A DNA stretch of 64,000 nucleotides. Source: an uncultured Verrucomicrobiae bacterium. GTDB lineage: Bacteria; Verrucomicrobiota; Verrucomicrobiia; Chthoniobacterales; Terrimicrobiaceae. Each line of letters opens with the position of its first letter. Positions within the stretch are counted from its first letter, which is position 1. The stretch lies in contig CAVPOC010000008.1 of NCBI GenBank assembly GCA_963706955.1, positions 960,001-1,024,000 of the forward strand, read 5' to 3'. Made by a program: the position numbers and the translations under genes. Shown piece by piece: positions 9,890-20,313 of this stretch. The notes under the pieces were generated by a model, which did not search any database, had not been told where the DNA came from, and saw only the letters and a program-made list of their open reading frames with translations.

Positions 9890-10003
9890 ACAATAAATGG
9901 CGCCTCAGCGCTGCTTCGGTTTGTATGCATAGTACATGGGTCGGCGCTTAGGCTGCTATAAAATCGCGCCGTCGGCGCTCAACCACTCCGCCCTCGGTCT
10001 GGT

Positions 10004-11710
10004 CTACAGACGAAAGAGGAGGTTGATCTCGCATTCCTCGCCTTTGGCGCTGCGTTCGATTCGATCGGCGTGCAGTCCAGAAAGATATCCGGTCAGTCCA
10101 TTGACGAAGCTTTGTTCTTCCACCATTTCCCTCTTCGGGCGTGCATCGGGCAGGTTGGGAAGATTTCCGACGTATTTGAGCGCAACCTTCACGTCGAAGC
10201 TGTCGCTGCCGACCCGGATTTCTACCGGGCCCTGCGCATTCGCCGAAACCTGCTCGATGGCTTCGTCCACAACCGAACGCACCCTCTTCACATCTTCCGG
10301 CGGAATCTTCCATTCGCTCGCCTGCTGGAGGAAGAAATCGTCAAAGGTTTTCGCGGTCACTGACGATCCACGCTCTCCCACCCGCAATTGGCCGTAGCGC
10401 CAAGTCCCCAAGAGGAAGATCGCGTTGAGAGCAACGGAGCTGATTACCGCCACGGTTATCTCTGAGCCTGTGAATTGATGCGCCCAGGCGGGCAGCGACT
10501 CATAGAATTCAGGAAAGATCATCACCGAGAGCGCACTGAGAATGGAAAAGCCGACGATCAGCGACGCGCGCAGGGTGATCGGCCGACTTGCCACAATTTG
10601 AATTCCAGCGACAAACATCAGCGACCCGTTAAAAAACAATGCCGCTGCCATAACTGGCCGGGGCATCCCGACAATCAGACTGGAAAACTTCGGGAAGCAG
10701 GCCAGCAGGACAAGCCATCCCGCGATCGACCAGGCAATCACCCGACTGGTCGCACCAGTGGTCTTTTCGATCCCGACGAGGCTTGGACTGGCACTCATTC
10801 CCGGTGCTCCCAAGGCTCCCCCCACCGCGCAGCCGATTCCATCAGCCATCACTCCGGCCTCGATGTTTTTCATGTCGGGTCGGCGCCACGCCGCATCGTT
10901 CATCTGCTGGCACGTCGTTAGCACACCGACCACCCGCAAACCTGAAGCCAGGCCGGCAATCGCAAAGGGGACCATCAACGAGGGCTCAAAACCAAAGGAG
11001 AGAAACCGCGGGTCCGGAACAGCAAAGACTGGACTCGCAGAAAGCTTTTCCGAGAAGCCCGCTGGAAACAACCCGAACACCGTGGCCATTCCGTAGCCGA
11101 CCAAGATGCCCGTGAGCGCGCACAGTAATCTCGGCAGGCCCTTGGCCCAGACTGCCAGAATTGTCATCGTCAGCAAGACAGCGAAAGCCGTTGCAAACAT
11201 CATCCCGCTGCGCGGGTCATTCGCAGTGGCATCCTCAAAAAGCACAGCCAAGCCGATCTTGCCGAGCTCGATTCCGACAGCAATGATCACGACCCCGGCA
11301 ACCACTGCGGGAAACAGCTTACGCAACTTATTGACGAGCCGCCCAATCAACGTCTCGCACGCCCCGGCGAAGATCACCATTCCGCAGGCAACCGGAAATC
11401 CAAAGTGGGTCGCCGCCGTGATGCTTGAAGGAAGATAAATCGCGGAAACGACCGGCGGACACAAGTATCCAGAACCGATCCTGCCGATGCGAAGGCTCTG
11501 GAGCACCGTGAGAAAGGCAACCGCGATCATCGCCAATGCCATCGCATTCCGCGCCTGGTCATGCGGGAGTTTGGCCGCGTCGGCGACCAGCGCCACCATC
11601 ACCAGGTACGGGCATATGACGGCCACATGCTGAAAACCCAGCGCCAGTAGCTGTAATGGCGGCGGCTTCTCATCCAGCGCATAAATGAGGTCCTTGGGTC
11701 GCTCAGGCAT
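10004..11710 (-). CDS. NCS2 (uracil/xanthine permease) family transporter with ~125-aa soluble C-terminal extension
   Basis: Y.LDEKPP..LGFQH, RIGSGY, FPAVVAGVVI, GVMADGIG and TGATSR motifs; ATG 11710 preferred. Confidence 0.88.
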   Translation of the reverse strand: MPERPKDLIYALDEKPPPLQLLALGFQHVAVICPYLVMVALVADAAKLPHDQARNAMALAMIAVAFLTVLQSLRIGRIGSGYLCPPVVSAIYLPSSITAATHFGFPVACGMVIFAGACETLIGRLVNKLRKLFPAVVAGVVIIAVGIELGKIGLAVLFEDATANDPRSGMMFATAFAVLLTMTILAVWAKGLPRLLCALTGILVGYGMATVFGLFPAGFSEKLSASPVFAVPDPRFLSFGFEPSLMVPFAIAGLASGLRVVGVLTTCQQMNDAAWRRPDMKNIEAGVMADGIGCAVGGALGAPGMSASPSLVGIEKTTGATSRVIAWSIAGWLVLLACFPKFSSLIVGMPRPVMAAALFFNGSLMFVAGIQIVASRPITLRASLIVGFSILSALSVMIFPEFYESLPAWAHQFTGSEITVAVISSVALNAIFLLGTWRYGQLRVGERGSSVTAKTFDDFFLQQASEWKIPPEDVKRVRSVVDEAIEQVSANAQGPVEIRVGSDSFDVKVALKYVGNLPNLPDARPKREMVEEQSFVNGLTGYLSGLHADRIERSAKGEECEINLLFRL

Positions 11711-11838
11711 GCCGAAAAATGCGAGGTGAGCAGGGATAATCCCAGTCAAAACAAACGACCACTCGGTCCTGTACCGGAGTTCGGCATCATACAATCCGCC
11801 GTGGTAAACGCCTTCGATTTAAATCACACTTGGTGGCG

Positions 11839-12648
11839 ATGAGAGTGCTGCCAGACAAGTTTCTTGCCGCGATGATCGCCGTGCGGCCGTTGCCGGGCAG
11901 TCCGCGCTATGCCGGAAGCAGCCGAGCCGTGATAAACGCTGCCCTCTCTGATCTTGAAGAATACATCGAGGCTGGCGCAGACGTGATCGTCCTGGAGAAC
12001 AGTCATGATATTCCCTACATTAAGCCTCCTCTGGATCCGCACGGCGTTGCACTCATGAAGCGCATCGCCCGGGAGGCTCGGAAACGCTTTGGCGGACCCA
12101 TGGGCCTTCAGATGCTCGAAGGAGCCAATGAAAGCGCCCTGGAGATTGCATGCGAGGCGGATCTCGATTTCCTGCGCGTCGAAGGTTATGTCTTTGCGCA
12201 CATCGGCGGCGCCGGCTTGATCGAAGGTTGCGCGGGACGCTTGCTCCGTAAACGAGCAAGCCTCGGCTGCAAACATGTCAAAATCTTCGCCGACGTGAAT
12301 AAAAAGCATTGCTCGCACGCACTCACCGGCGATCTCGATATCACCGATGTCGTTAAACAGGCCGAATTCTTCCTCGTCGACGCCGTCATCGTCACAGGAC
12401 CAAGAACCGCCGAGCCTCCTGAACTCAAAGAGCTCCGCCGGGTGAAGGAATCGGCCAACGTTCCCGTCTTCATCGGTTCCGGAATAAACGCGCGAAATAT
12501 TTCCAAATATATGCCGCTGGCAGATGGATTCATCGTCGGCTCGACCCTTCGGCAGGACGGCAAGTTTCTCAGCCCTCTTGACCCCAAGCGGCTACGCGCC
12601 TTTGTCAGCGCATTCCAAGAGGCACGCGATCACGAATGGCATTCGTAG
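11839..12648 (+). CDS. BtpA/SgcQ family TIM-barrel protein
   Basis: PLPGSPRY, LENSHDIPY, FADVNKKH, DAVIVTG..T, IGSG and ADGFIVGS motifs. Confidence 0.9.
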   Translation: MRVLPDKFLAAMIAVRPLPGSPRYAGSSRAVINAALSDLEEYIEAGADVIVLENSHDIPYIKPPLDPHGVALMKRIAREARKRFGGPMGLQMLEGANESALEIACEADLDFLRVEGYVFAHIGGAGLIEGCAGRLLRKRASLGCKHVKIFADVNKKHCSHALTGDLDITDVVKQAEFFLVDAVIVTGPRTAEPPELKELRRVKESANVPVFIGSGINARNISKYMPLADGFIVGSTLRQDGKFLSPLDPKRLRAFVSAFQEARDHEWHS

Positions 12649-12656
12649 GGGCCCCT

Positions 12657-12838
12657 GCGCGGCCAGTTGATGGTTGAGACTTGATAGGTGAGAGAGACAG
12701 GAGTGGGGAGCGGGGAGCGATCAAGACATAGGTAACACTTCTGGTTCAGGACATGGGTAACACATGAGGGCGGTTAGAGCGTGCGGCGCGATTGCCTTTC
12801 CTCTCAACCCTCAACAATCAACTATCAACTGGCCGCGC
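12657..12838. repeat. long imperfect inverted repeat built from heptamer units, enclosing an IS-end-like direct repeat
   Basis: GCGCGGCCAGTTGAT (12657) pairs with ATCAACTGGCCGCGC (ends 12838); arms are NNGTTGA/TCAACNN heptamers; inner TCARGACATRGGTAACAC occurs at 12721 and 12746. Confidence 0.7.
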
Positions 12839-12851
12839 GTTGCGCGGCCGT

Positions 12852-13484
12852 TCACGGTTTTTTGTAAAAGCGGATTGCCTCGATTCCGCTGCCGAAGTGC
12901 TTCAAAGCATAGACTCCGCGTTCGCCGCCGCGCCCCGGATCGCGGATGAGATAGTCAAAGCCCTCCTTGCCGCAGATGACCACGAAATGCGTAATGCCAT
13001 TGGGATAACGCAGCCGCGCGATCACCGGATTATTGTCGAGCAGGTTGCTGTCAATCAGGAAATAGGATGGCAAATCTTCGTAGTGCGGCAAAAGACGGGA
13101 CCTAAAGCCCGCATCAAACGCTGCTGCTTTTTCCCAGTAGATCCACCCTTGCGGCGTGTAGCCGCCCGGTAAATTTGTCAGGAATTTGTTCAACCGGCCC
13201 GGATCCACATCGACGCCATAAGTCGCAAGCGTCATTGCCGCCGACGCGACGGCACAACCTTCCGCCGCGAGCTTGCCCGGAGTAGACCCGAGAGCGTCCT
13301 TGCCCCATCGAGGATCGGACTGAAAGAACTGCGGCACATTCAACTCGAGTCGCCCCGGATAATAGAGGCCGCCGGAACCGGCCACTGGCCGTTCCTTCTT
13401 CCAATCATTCACCCACCAGGCGCCCCACGCACCCAGGCAAACCAAGACAAGCAGGAGACAAAGAAAAATCCGCCTTGCGGTCAT
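12852..13484 (-). CDS. C39-like cysteine peptidase (Peptidase_C39_2 type), membrane-anchored or exported
   Basis: N-terminal TM; FFQSDPRW, GCAVASAAM, THFVVI.G and IRDP motifs. Confidence 0.8.
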   Translation of the reverse strand: MTARRIFLCLLLVLVCLGAWGAWWVNDWKKERPVAGSGGLYYPGRLELNVPQFFQSDPRWGKDALGSTPGKLAAEGCAVASAAMTLATYGVDVDPGRLNKFLTNLPGGYTPQGWIYWEKAAAFDAGFRSRLLPHYEDLPSYFLIDSNLLDNNPVIARLRYPNGITHFVVICGKEGFDYLIRDPGRGGERGVYALKHFGSGIEAIRFYKKP

Positions 13485-13510
13485 GATAAACTGAATCTTG
13501 TTTACAAACC

Positions 13511-14278
13511 GTGATTCCGCGAGTCCTGATTTTTTGCCTGCTGACGGCTTCGGCCGCGCTCGCGGATTTCAACAAGACCATCCTCGACCAAGTCCGCACC
13601 ATGCCTGCCGGAGGCGGTTACGCGACCAACATCAAGGCACACGCCGCGCTCGCCGACTCGGTTCAAGTTCACGATTCGGTCCGTATTCAACCGGAGCTGG
13701 CGATGCCTGCTTATTGCTCCGGGGCGACCTACCTCGTCTTCCTTAAGACACTTCAAGCTCTTCAAGAGAACGGAACAATTTCCCTTTCACACGAAACATG
13801 GGCCGCGCTTGTCCCGCGATTGCGGCCCGACGGCAAGGACACCCTTCCCGATGGCGAAAGCGTCTGGGGACGCTGGAATGCCAATGGGCCCGGGACCGCG
13901 CGCCTCTTTCACCAACTCGGACTCGGGCGCAGTTTCACCGAGTTCTCGGCAGCTCGGTCCGGCGACTTCATGAAGGTATTTTGGACCGATGCCGTCGGAA
14001 AAAAAGAAAGCGGACACTCCGTTGTCTTCCTCGGACTTGAGAACGTCAATGGCGTCGAAACTGTCCGCTTTTGGTCGAGCAATCGTCCGGGAGGTTTCGG
14101 GGAGAGTTCCGTCCCACGAGAGAAAATCGCGCGGGCTATTTTTTCCCGTCTCGAGCACCCCGGAAGAATCTCCGATTGGTCGAAGCTCTCGGTGAGCGAT
14201 CCCTATCTCGCAAGTCTGCTCACCACCGAATCAAGCTTCCGTGAGGCGGCCAGAATGTCGGGGATCGGCGGCCGCTAG
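13511..14278 (+). CDS. exported hypothetical protein with papain/NlpC-P60-like Cys-His motifs
   Basis: Signal peptide (ASAALA); YCSGATY...GDF...GHSVVFLG. Confidence 0.6.
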   Translation: MIPRVLIFCLLTASAALADFNKTILDQVRTMPAGGGYATNIKAHAALADSVQVHDSVRIQPELAMPAYCSGATYLVFLKTLQALQENGTISLSHETWAALVPRLRPDGKDTLPDGESVWGRWNANGPGTARLFHQLGLGRSFTEFSAARSGDFMKVFWTDAVGKKESGHSVVFLGLENVNGVETVRFWSSNRPGGFGESSVPREKIARAIFSRLEHPGRISDWSKLSVSDPYLASLLTTESSFREAARMSGIGGR

Positions 14279-14279
14279 G

Positions 14280-14420
14280 AGCTCGAGAAGGGTTATCCAC
14301 AGATTTCAGAGATTTCCGCAGATTCTTTGGAAGGCACGCGGGAGAACTTCCGCATCTTTCAAGGGGCACGACGTAGCCTCTCGCCCTCATGCGTATTTAT
14401 CTGTGCCCATCTGTGGATTA
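14280..14420. repeat. CCACAGAT...ATCTGTGG palindromic element
   Basis: ATCCACAGATTTCAGAGATT... and ...ATCTGTGCCCATCTGTGGAT arms between convergent genes. Confidence 0.75.
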
Positions 14421-14451
14421 TGATCGCTCGCGCACAAAGTGACGCAGATTT

Positions 14452-16080
14452 TCAGGGAAGGGCTTCGAGAAGGATCCGCCGGATCTCCTTGGCAGTTTCA
14501 GGATTCTGCGGAGCGCTGTGGTCCGAAGGCACGATCCGCTCACTCACGGCGGTTCTGAGATGCGAACTCCAGTAGGGCACGACGCCGTCCGTGCTGTTCG
14601 GCGAGTCTCCCATGCCGCGATCGCCGATTACAGAATGATACGGAATTGTCTCGGTAAGCGGCAGTGTCTCGATGGCTTCTAAGATGGGCGAGCCGGATTT
14701 CAGGAAGCGGATGCTGTTGGCTGGGAGCGTGAACAGTCCCCTCAGATCCTCCCGAATCGCCTCGAGCAAGACTTTCCGGTCCCGACGGCTGACGGTTCGC
14801 GGCATCTGGATAAAGCGAATGGCTGTTTGAATGATGGGGTTGTGAGGAATGGGACTGCCCCTATGGGGTGTCGTCACGTAAACCACGCGAGCGATATCGG
14901 TGCGCGGAGAGAATTTCACCATATCTGTAATCATGCGCCGCGCTTCCGGGCTGAGATCGAGCTCCTCGAGTGGAGTGTCCGACAGCGTCGCCCAAAAACT
15001 CTCTCCGGGATCACGGACCATCAGGCTCGAGACAAGCCCGCCCATGCTATGGCCCACCAGAATGATCCGGTGAAGGTTCGCGTGGCGACCGTGCTTCTCG
15101 AGCTCGCGGTGGAAGCGGTCCAGGTCCGTGCGCAGCAGCATGGAGGAGTGCCAGATGGGAAGGCCGGTGGGATAGAGGAAAACCCAAAATTGATAGCGCG
15201 ATCGAATGCGCGCGTCGGCCATGAGGCCGTTGAGCACCTGTACCCAAGCCTCCGGCCGCGAGAATAAGCCATGAACAAGAATCACTGGAATCCGTTCGCG
15301 GTCGTAGAGTTGAATTTGGTAGAGTCCGGCGTGTCGCAGATGCTGTCGTGTAAACACGAGCCCGGGAACGTCGAACGGACGGTTCGGCGAGCGGGACACC
15401 GCTAGGGCAATTGAGGCGGAAAAATCGGCCACCAACGGAAGCTTTCTGCCGTCGCTGTCAACATGGTCTCTTTCGAGCCGGTTGTAAAAACTTAGCCGTG
15501 CCTCGTTGCCAGCGAAGCTAAGAAACGCCGTCACGGGCACGGAAATCCCGAACCGGGAAATCCCAGGCTGATCCCTGAGAAAGGGCGAACCTCGATCGTA
15601 GCAGAATACAAACGGCACGCCGGCACCTTCCTCCGTCGTGCGCGGTCCAAGGTCACTCGTGTGAACGTTCGCCGCCAGGGTCACTAGATTCGCTGCTGCC
15701 GGGTCGAGCCGGAGCATGCCCTCGCGCTCAATGGTGAGGGTGAACGAGCCGTCGCGCCCCGTAACCTCGCCTTCAACGAAACGCCGCTCTTGCACGACGG
15801 CGACGACCTCGGCGAGCGCCTTGTTGTAGTTCTCGCCGTCCCGTTTGTTTCCCTCGATCATCCCGGACCAAGCCGCCTTGGCCGCACTAAGGGCCGCGGA
15901 TAAACGCTCGTCGGAACGAGTAACGACAGCCTGTCGCCGAGCCAGAACTTCGGCGGTTCGGAGAACCGGGCGTTCCGCGGTGGCGGTTTCCTCGGCGCAG
16001 ACTGTGCCGCCTGTTAACGCCCAGAAGGCGGCGACGATCGAGAGACACCATCGTTTAACCACAGATTCACACCGATTCAC
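14452..16080 (-). CDS. exported alpha/beta hydrolase (lipase/esterase-like)
   Basis: PVILVHGL, GHSMGG, TPHRGS and DGVVPYWSSHL...SDHS motifs; start uncertain because it overlaps a repeat. Confidence 0.85.
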   Translation of the reverse strand: MNRCESVVKRWCLSIVAAFWALTGGTVCAEETATAERPVLRTAEVLARRQAVVTRSDERLSAALSAAKAAWSGMIEGNKRDGENYNKALAEVVAVVQERRFVEGEVTGRDGSFTLTIEREGMLRLDPAAANLVTLAANVHTSDLGPRTTEEGAGVPFVFCYDRGSPFLRDQPGISRFGISVPVTAFLSFAGNEARLSFYNRLERDHVDSDGRKLPLVADFSASIALAVSRSPNRPFDVPGLVFTRQHLRHAGLYQIQLYDRERIPVILVHGLFSRPEAWVQVLNGLMADARIRSRYQFWVFLYPTGLPIWHSSMLLRTDLDRFHRELEKHGRHANLHRIILVGHSMGGLVSSLMVRDPGESFWATLSDTPLEELDLSPEARRMITDMVKFSPRTDIARVVYVTTPHRGSPIPHNPIIQTAIRFIQMPRTVSRRDRKVLLEAIREDLRGLFTLPANSIRFLKSGSPILEAIETLPLTETIPYHSVIGDRGMGDSPNSTDGVVPYWSSHLRTAVSERIVPSDHSAPQNPETAKEIRRILLEALP

Positions 16081-16227
16081 ACCGATAGAGGAGAGCTCGG
16101 GCGCGGAGCAGGCAAGAACTCGGGCTTCACACGCTTCTTAGCCGTGGCGGCTGCAAGGCTGATCCACAGTGGTGACGTTTCGCACAGTCGTCCAAATCTG
16201 TAAAAGTCTGTGCCAATCTGTGGGTCC
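16055..16227. repeat. CCACAGAT-family arms
   Basis: ACCACAGATTCACACCGATTCACACCGAT (10-nt period) and AATCTGTAAAAGTCTGTGCCAATCTGTGG. Confidence 0.65.
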
Positions 16228-16234
16228 TCGGGAA

Positions 16235-17134
16235 CTAGAAGCCAAGCGAGCGAATAAAGTCGCGATTGCGCTTGGCGGATTCCTTCGGCTTGCCCATGCC
16301 CGGGAGGACATCCTGCTCGACAACGCCCCATCTATCATACTCGAGTATCTCGAGCTCCTTCATGAGAGCTGAAAAGTCGACATTACCCTTGCCGAGTTCA
16401 CAAAAAATACCATGGCGGACACATTGAAAGTAATCCCAGCCCTTTTCTGCGGCTTCCCTCCCCACGCCAGGATGATAATCCTTGAAATGGAAGTGCCAGA
16501 CGCGTTTGCCGTACCGGCGCAAGCCCTCCAGCGGATCGCCTCCTCCAAAGCGATAGTGACCGCAGTCAAAGGTCAAGCCGAGCACTTCCGGGTCGGTGAG
16601 CGACATGAGTCGGGCGATCTCTGCGGGCGTCTCCACGTATCCGGCGCAGTGATGGTGGAAAGCGGTCCGTAGTCCGGTTTCTTTTTTAACCGCTTCCGCC
16701 ACTTTCGTCGCTCCTTCGGCATAAGATTGCCACTCGGCATCGCTCAGCCCCATCTCCGGAGTAACCCGCCCCGCATTTTTCGTGCGCTCGGGAACTCTCC
16801 CATTCTCATCCGCGAGAACAATGACGGGCAGGCTTCCCTCCACCGCGGCCATCAAGCGCGCGGTGCGAACGGCGATTTCCACGCCGGCGGCGTGTTCCGA
16901 CGGTTCTTTGAGAAAGACCGGCACAAATGCCCCCAGCAGCACCAGGTTTCGCGCGTGAATCTCCTGGGCGAGTTTCTTCGGTTCAGTCGGCATGAATCCC
17001 CAATCGCCCAGCTCGGTTCCGGCATAGCCCGTCTCAGCAATTTCATCCAGCACCTGCACGTATCCCGGAGCTTCCCCTTCCAGTTCGAATTCGAGTGCTC
17101 CCCAAGAACACGGCGCGTTAGCGATCTTGATCAT
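16235..17134 (-). CDS. IolE/MocC-like inosose dehydratase (xylose-isomerase-like TIM barrel)
   Basis: ANAPCSWG, GYAGTELG, FHHHCAGYVET, FDCGH, HFHFKD and VVEQD motifs. Confidence 0.85.
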   Translation of the reverse strand: MIKIANAPCSWGALEFELEGEAPGYVQVLDEIAETGYAGTELGDWGFMPTEPKKLAQEIHARNLVLLGAFVPVFLKEPSEHAAGVEIAVRTARLMAAVEGSLPVIVLADENGRVPERTKNAGRVTPEMGLSDAEWQSYAEGATKVAEAVKKETGLRTAFHHHCAGYVETPAEIARLMSLTDPEVLGLTFDCGHYRFGGGDPLEGLRRYGKRVWHFHFKDYHPGVGREAAEKGWDYFQCVRHGIFCELGKGNVDFSALMKELEILEYDRWGVVEQDVLPGMGKPKESAKRNRDFIRSLGF

Positions 17135-17361
17135 TGCATCACCTCAGTTTGAACGTAGAAACGGACCCACCAAGCAATAAGCGCAGGGGGAATCCTGCTC
17201 CATGATGAGCAAAGACCAGCAGACCGGTCAAGCCCGCCAGGATCGCGAAGATCGGGCCAGCACTTCTCCTGTAAATGGCTGAAACACATTGCAGCACCGG
17301 GCATGAAAATGTACTACCGCAGGTTGGAAGCGCCCCCAGGTTTCACGCCTCTACTTGCGAT

Positions 17362-19431
17362 ATGACCAAGCCGAATGACGAATATGTTGGATGGCTCGTC
17401 GAGCATTCGATGCTCAACAATGCCAAGAAACTTGCCCTGCGCTACGGTGGTCAGGGTCGGATGTGGCAGCAACCCTTCGCCGAGGCACGCCCGCGCGCCG
17501 CTTCTGCTCTCGCCTCTGTCTGGTTCACCGCCTACCCCGCTGCGATTGTCACACGCCCCGGCGAGTCGGTTCTCCGCACGCTCGCGGATCCCGCTCTCTG
17601 GACAGCCTTGTCAGCCATCGGAATCCAGGGGGTCCACAATGGGCCTATGAAGCGCTCGGGAGGCATCCGCGGTCAGGAGTACACGCCCACAATCGACGGA
17701 AACTTCGATCGGATCAGCTTTGAGATCGAGCCGTCATTTGGAACCGAGGAAGACTTTATTGCGATGGGCCGAACGGCTGCTGCCCACAACGCGGTCGTCG
17801 TCGACGACATCGTTCCCGCGCATACCGGCAAGGGCGCCGACTTTCGCCTCGCCGAAATGGGATACGGAGAATATCCGGGCATTTATCACATGGTCTCCAT
17901 CCCGGAGACCGACTGGGGGCTTCTTCCGTCCGTTCCGCCAGGGCGTGAAGCAGTCAATCTCTCTCCGGCCACGGTCGATCAGTTGAAGGAAAAAGGTTAC
18001 ATCGTGGGACAGTTGCGTCGCGTGATCTTTTTTGAACCAGGCGTGAAGGAAACGGATTGGAGCGCCACCGGTGTAATCGTTGGTGCGGACGGAGTCTCCC
18101 GGCGGTGGGTGTATCTCCATTACTTCAAGGAAGGGCAGCCGTCGCTCAACTGGCTCGATCCCACGTTTGCCGCGCCCCAACTGATCATCGGCGACGCGCT
18201 TCACTCGGTCGATGTCCTCGGTGCTCGAATGCTGCGGCTTGACGCCAATGGATTTCTTGGCGTCGAGCGCAGGGCCGAAGGCCCGGCGTGGTCGGAAGGC
18301 CATCCACTCTCGGTAGTCGGCAACCAGTTGATTGCAGGAATGGTGCGCAAAGCCGGCGGTTTCAGCTTTCAGGAACTCAACCTCACCGTCGATGACATCG
18401 CGGCGATGTCCCATGGTGGAGCCGACCTCTCCTACGACTTCATCACCCGCCCTGCTTACCATCATGCGCTCATGACCGGCGACACCGAGTTCCTCCGCCT
18501 GATGCTAAAAACGATGCGCGACTACAACATCGACCCCGCTTCGCTCATCCACGCGCTTCAAAACCACGACGAACTCACGCTCGAGTTGGTCCATTTCTGG
18601 ACCCTTCACGCTAAAGACACCTACACGTTTGGCGGGAAGAGCTGGACGGGCGAGACGCTCCGCGAGCACTTGCGCGCAACCATGTACGAACGACTGACCG
18701 GCAGCAACGCTCCATACAACTTGCGCTTTGTCACGAATGGCGTGGCTTGCACTACGGCCACTGTGATCGCCGCGGCGCTCAATATCCGCGACCTGCAGAA
18801 TCTGACTGAAGAACAGAAGCGGCAAATCCAACGCGTTCATCTGCTCCTCGTCATGTACAACGCCTTTCAACCCGGCGTCTTCGCGCTGTCCGGCTGGGAT
18901 CTCGTCGGTGCGCTTACGCTGCCGCATGAGACCGTCGCCGCGCTCATCGCCGAAGGCGATACCCGGTGGATCGAACGGGGCGCCTACGATCTTGTCAATG
19001 CTAACCCCGGCGCTCAGACTTCCGAGGCAGGCTTGCCGAAAGCGCAGACGCTTTACGGACCGATCAACGACCAACTCAAGCGCCCCGACTCGTTCGCCAG
19101 CCAACTGCAGAAGATGCTCGCCGTCCGCCAAACCAGCGGGCTCTACGCCAGCCACCAGATCCTGGTTCCAGAGGTTACCAGTCCTGGACTGCTCGCCATG
19201 GTCCATGAACTGCCCGAGGGGAAGGGAATCCAAGTGACGGCGCTCAACTTTGGCGCAACTCCCATCGACGAGACCATCAACCTTCCCAATCTAAAACCCG
19301 GTCCAGTTGTTGACATGATCAACGAAACCAACGAGGGCGACCTCTCCGATTCGGGCGAGCTGCGCATCCAATTGCAAGGCTACGAAGGCAAGTCGCTCCG
19401 CATCGTCGGCCCAGCGCCCGCGCGCAGCTAG
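17362..19431 (+). CDS. treS: trehalose synthase (maltose alpha-D-glucosyltransferase), Pseudomonas stutzeri type
   Basis: [47 protein letters not shown] and [10 protein letters not shown]13 motifs. Confidence 0.93.
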   Translation: MTKPNDEYVGWLVEHSMLNNAKKLALRYGGQGRMWQQPFAEARPRAASALASVWFTAYPAAIVTRPGESVLRTLADPALWTALSAIGIQGVHNGPMKRSGGIRGQEYTPTIDGNFDRISFEIEPSFGTEEDFIAMGRTAAAHNAVVVDDIVPAHTGKGADFRLAEMGYGEYPGIYHMVSIPETDWGLLPSVPPGREAVNLSPATVDQLKEKGYIVGQLRRVIFFEPGVKETDWSATGVIVGADGVSRRWVYLHYFKEGQPSLNWLDPTFAAPQLIIGDALHSVDVLGARMLRLDANGFLGVERRAEGPAWSEGHPLSVVGNQLIAGMVRKAGGFSFQELNLTVDDIAAMSHGGADLSYDFITRPAYHHALMTGDTEFLRLMLKTMRDYNIDPASLIHALQNHDELTLELVHFWTLHAKDTYTFGGKSWTGETLREHLRATMYERLTGSNAPYNLRFVTNGVACTTATVIAAALNIRDLQNLTEEQKRQIQRVHLLLVMYNAFQPGVFALSGWDLVGALTLPHETVAALIAEGDTRWIERGAYDLVNANPGAQTSEAGLPKAQTLYGPINDQLKRPDSFASQLQKMLAVRQTSGLYASHQILVPEVTSPGLLAMVHELPEGKGIQVTALNFGATPIDETINLPNLKPGPVVDMINETNEGDLSDSGELRIQLQGYEGKSLRIVGPAPARS

Positions 19432-19470
19432 GCGCTTGCGACCGCCCGAGGCGCCTTTTCCGCAATGAGC

Positions 19471-19630
19471 ATACACTTAGATTGAGTTATTCAATCTGTG
19501 GACGATCTCCAGTTCAAGTGAGGCTGGAGACCCTCTTCCACTGCATCGAACTCTGGCTAGCACTAACTCTCGACCTACGAATGCGATCAGGCCGCTCTAG
19601 TGAGTCACGCTACTGTGTTAATCTGTGGAT
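19471..19630. repeat. two truncated CCACAGAT-family elements (19471-19503 and 19613-19630)
   Basis: ATACACTTAGATTGA-GTTAT-TCAATCTGTGGAC and CTGTGTTAATCTGTGGAT. Confidence 0.55.
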
Positions 19631-19679
19631 GCAACAGGAGCGGCTGACGTAGCGAGAACATCATCTTGGAGAAGCCCCG

Positions 19680-20282
19680 ATGACCTTGCGTGACCTTGAT
19701 CGCACCCAGAAGGTTGACGCGCTAGATGTCCTCTGCGCCGCCTTCCATGATTATCCGGTTCCGCGTTACGTGATCGACGTGACAGCTTCCGACTACGACG
19801 GCAAGCTCCGGGAACTTATCGACTTCTTCGTCGAGGGGCGCCTCACACGTAGTGTCCCCCTGATCGGACTGTATGATTCTAACGCTCTCCTTGGCGTCGC
19901 AGTCGTCAGTCCGCCGCAGGAAGCTCCTGTCCCGTCGGAACTCGAGGTTTGCCAGGCTCGGGCTGAGCGGCTGCTTGGACGGGAAGCGATGGCGCGATTT
20001 GAACGCTACGAGAAGGCGTGCGAAGCGACCGACCCAGGATACGTCGCACACTATCTTGGCATGATCGCCGTCCGGCCCGATGTGCAAGGCCGCGGCCTTG
20101 GCCGTCAGTTGATCGACGCAGTCAAAGCGAGAGCGCGCTCTGATCCGATTTCTACGGGTGTCACGCTCAACACGGAGTTGGCAAGCAACCTGCCTTTCTA
20201 CGAGAAGATGGCCTTTATCAGAGGCTCCGAAACCGACGTTGGCCCGCTTCATACCTGGTCGTTTTACTGGCCCCGGGACTAA
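19680..20282 (+). CDS. GNAT family N-acetyltransferase
   Basis: YLGMIAVRPDVQGRGLGRQL (motif A) and NLPFYEKMAF. Confidence 0.92.
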   Translation: MTLRDLDRTQKVDALDVLCAAFHDYPVPRYVIDVTASDYDGKLRELIDFFVEGRLTRSVPLIGLYDSNALLGVAVVSPPQEAPVPSELEVCQARAERLLGREAMARFERYEKACEATDPGYVAHYLGMIAVRPDVQGRGLGRQLIDAVKARARSDPISTGVTLNTELASNLPFYEKMAFIRGSETDVGPLHTWSFYWPRD

Positions 20283-20313
20283 GTGTTGGGTCGGAACGGC
20301 GGCGAGCCCTCTC

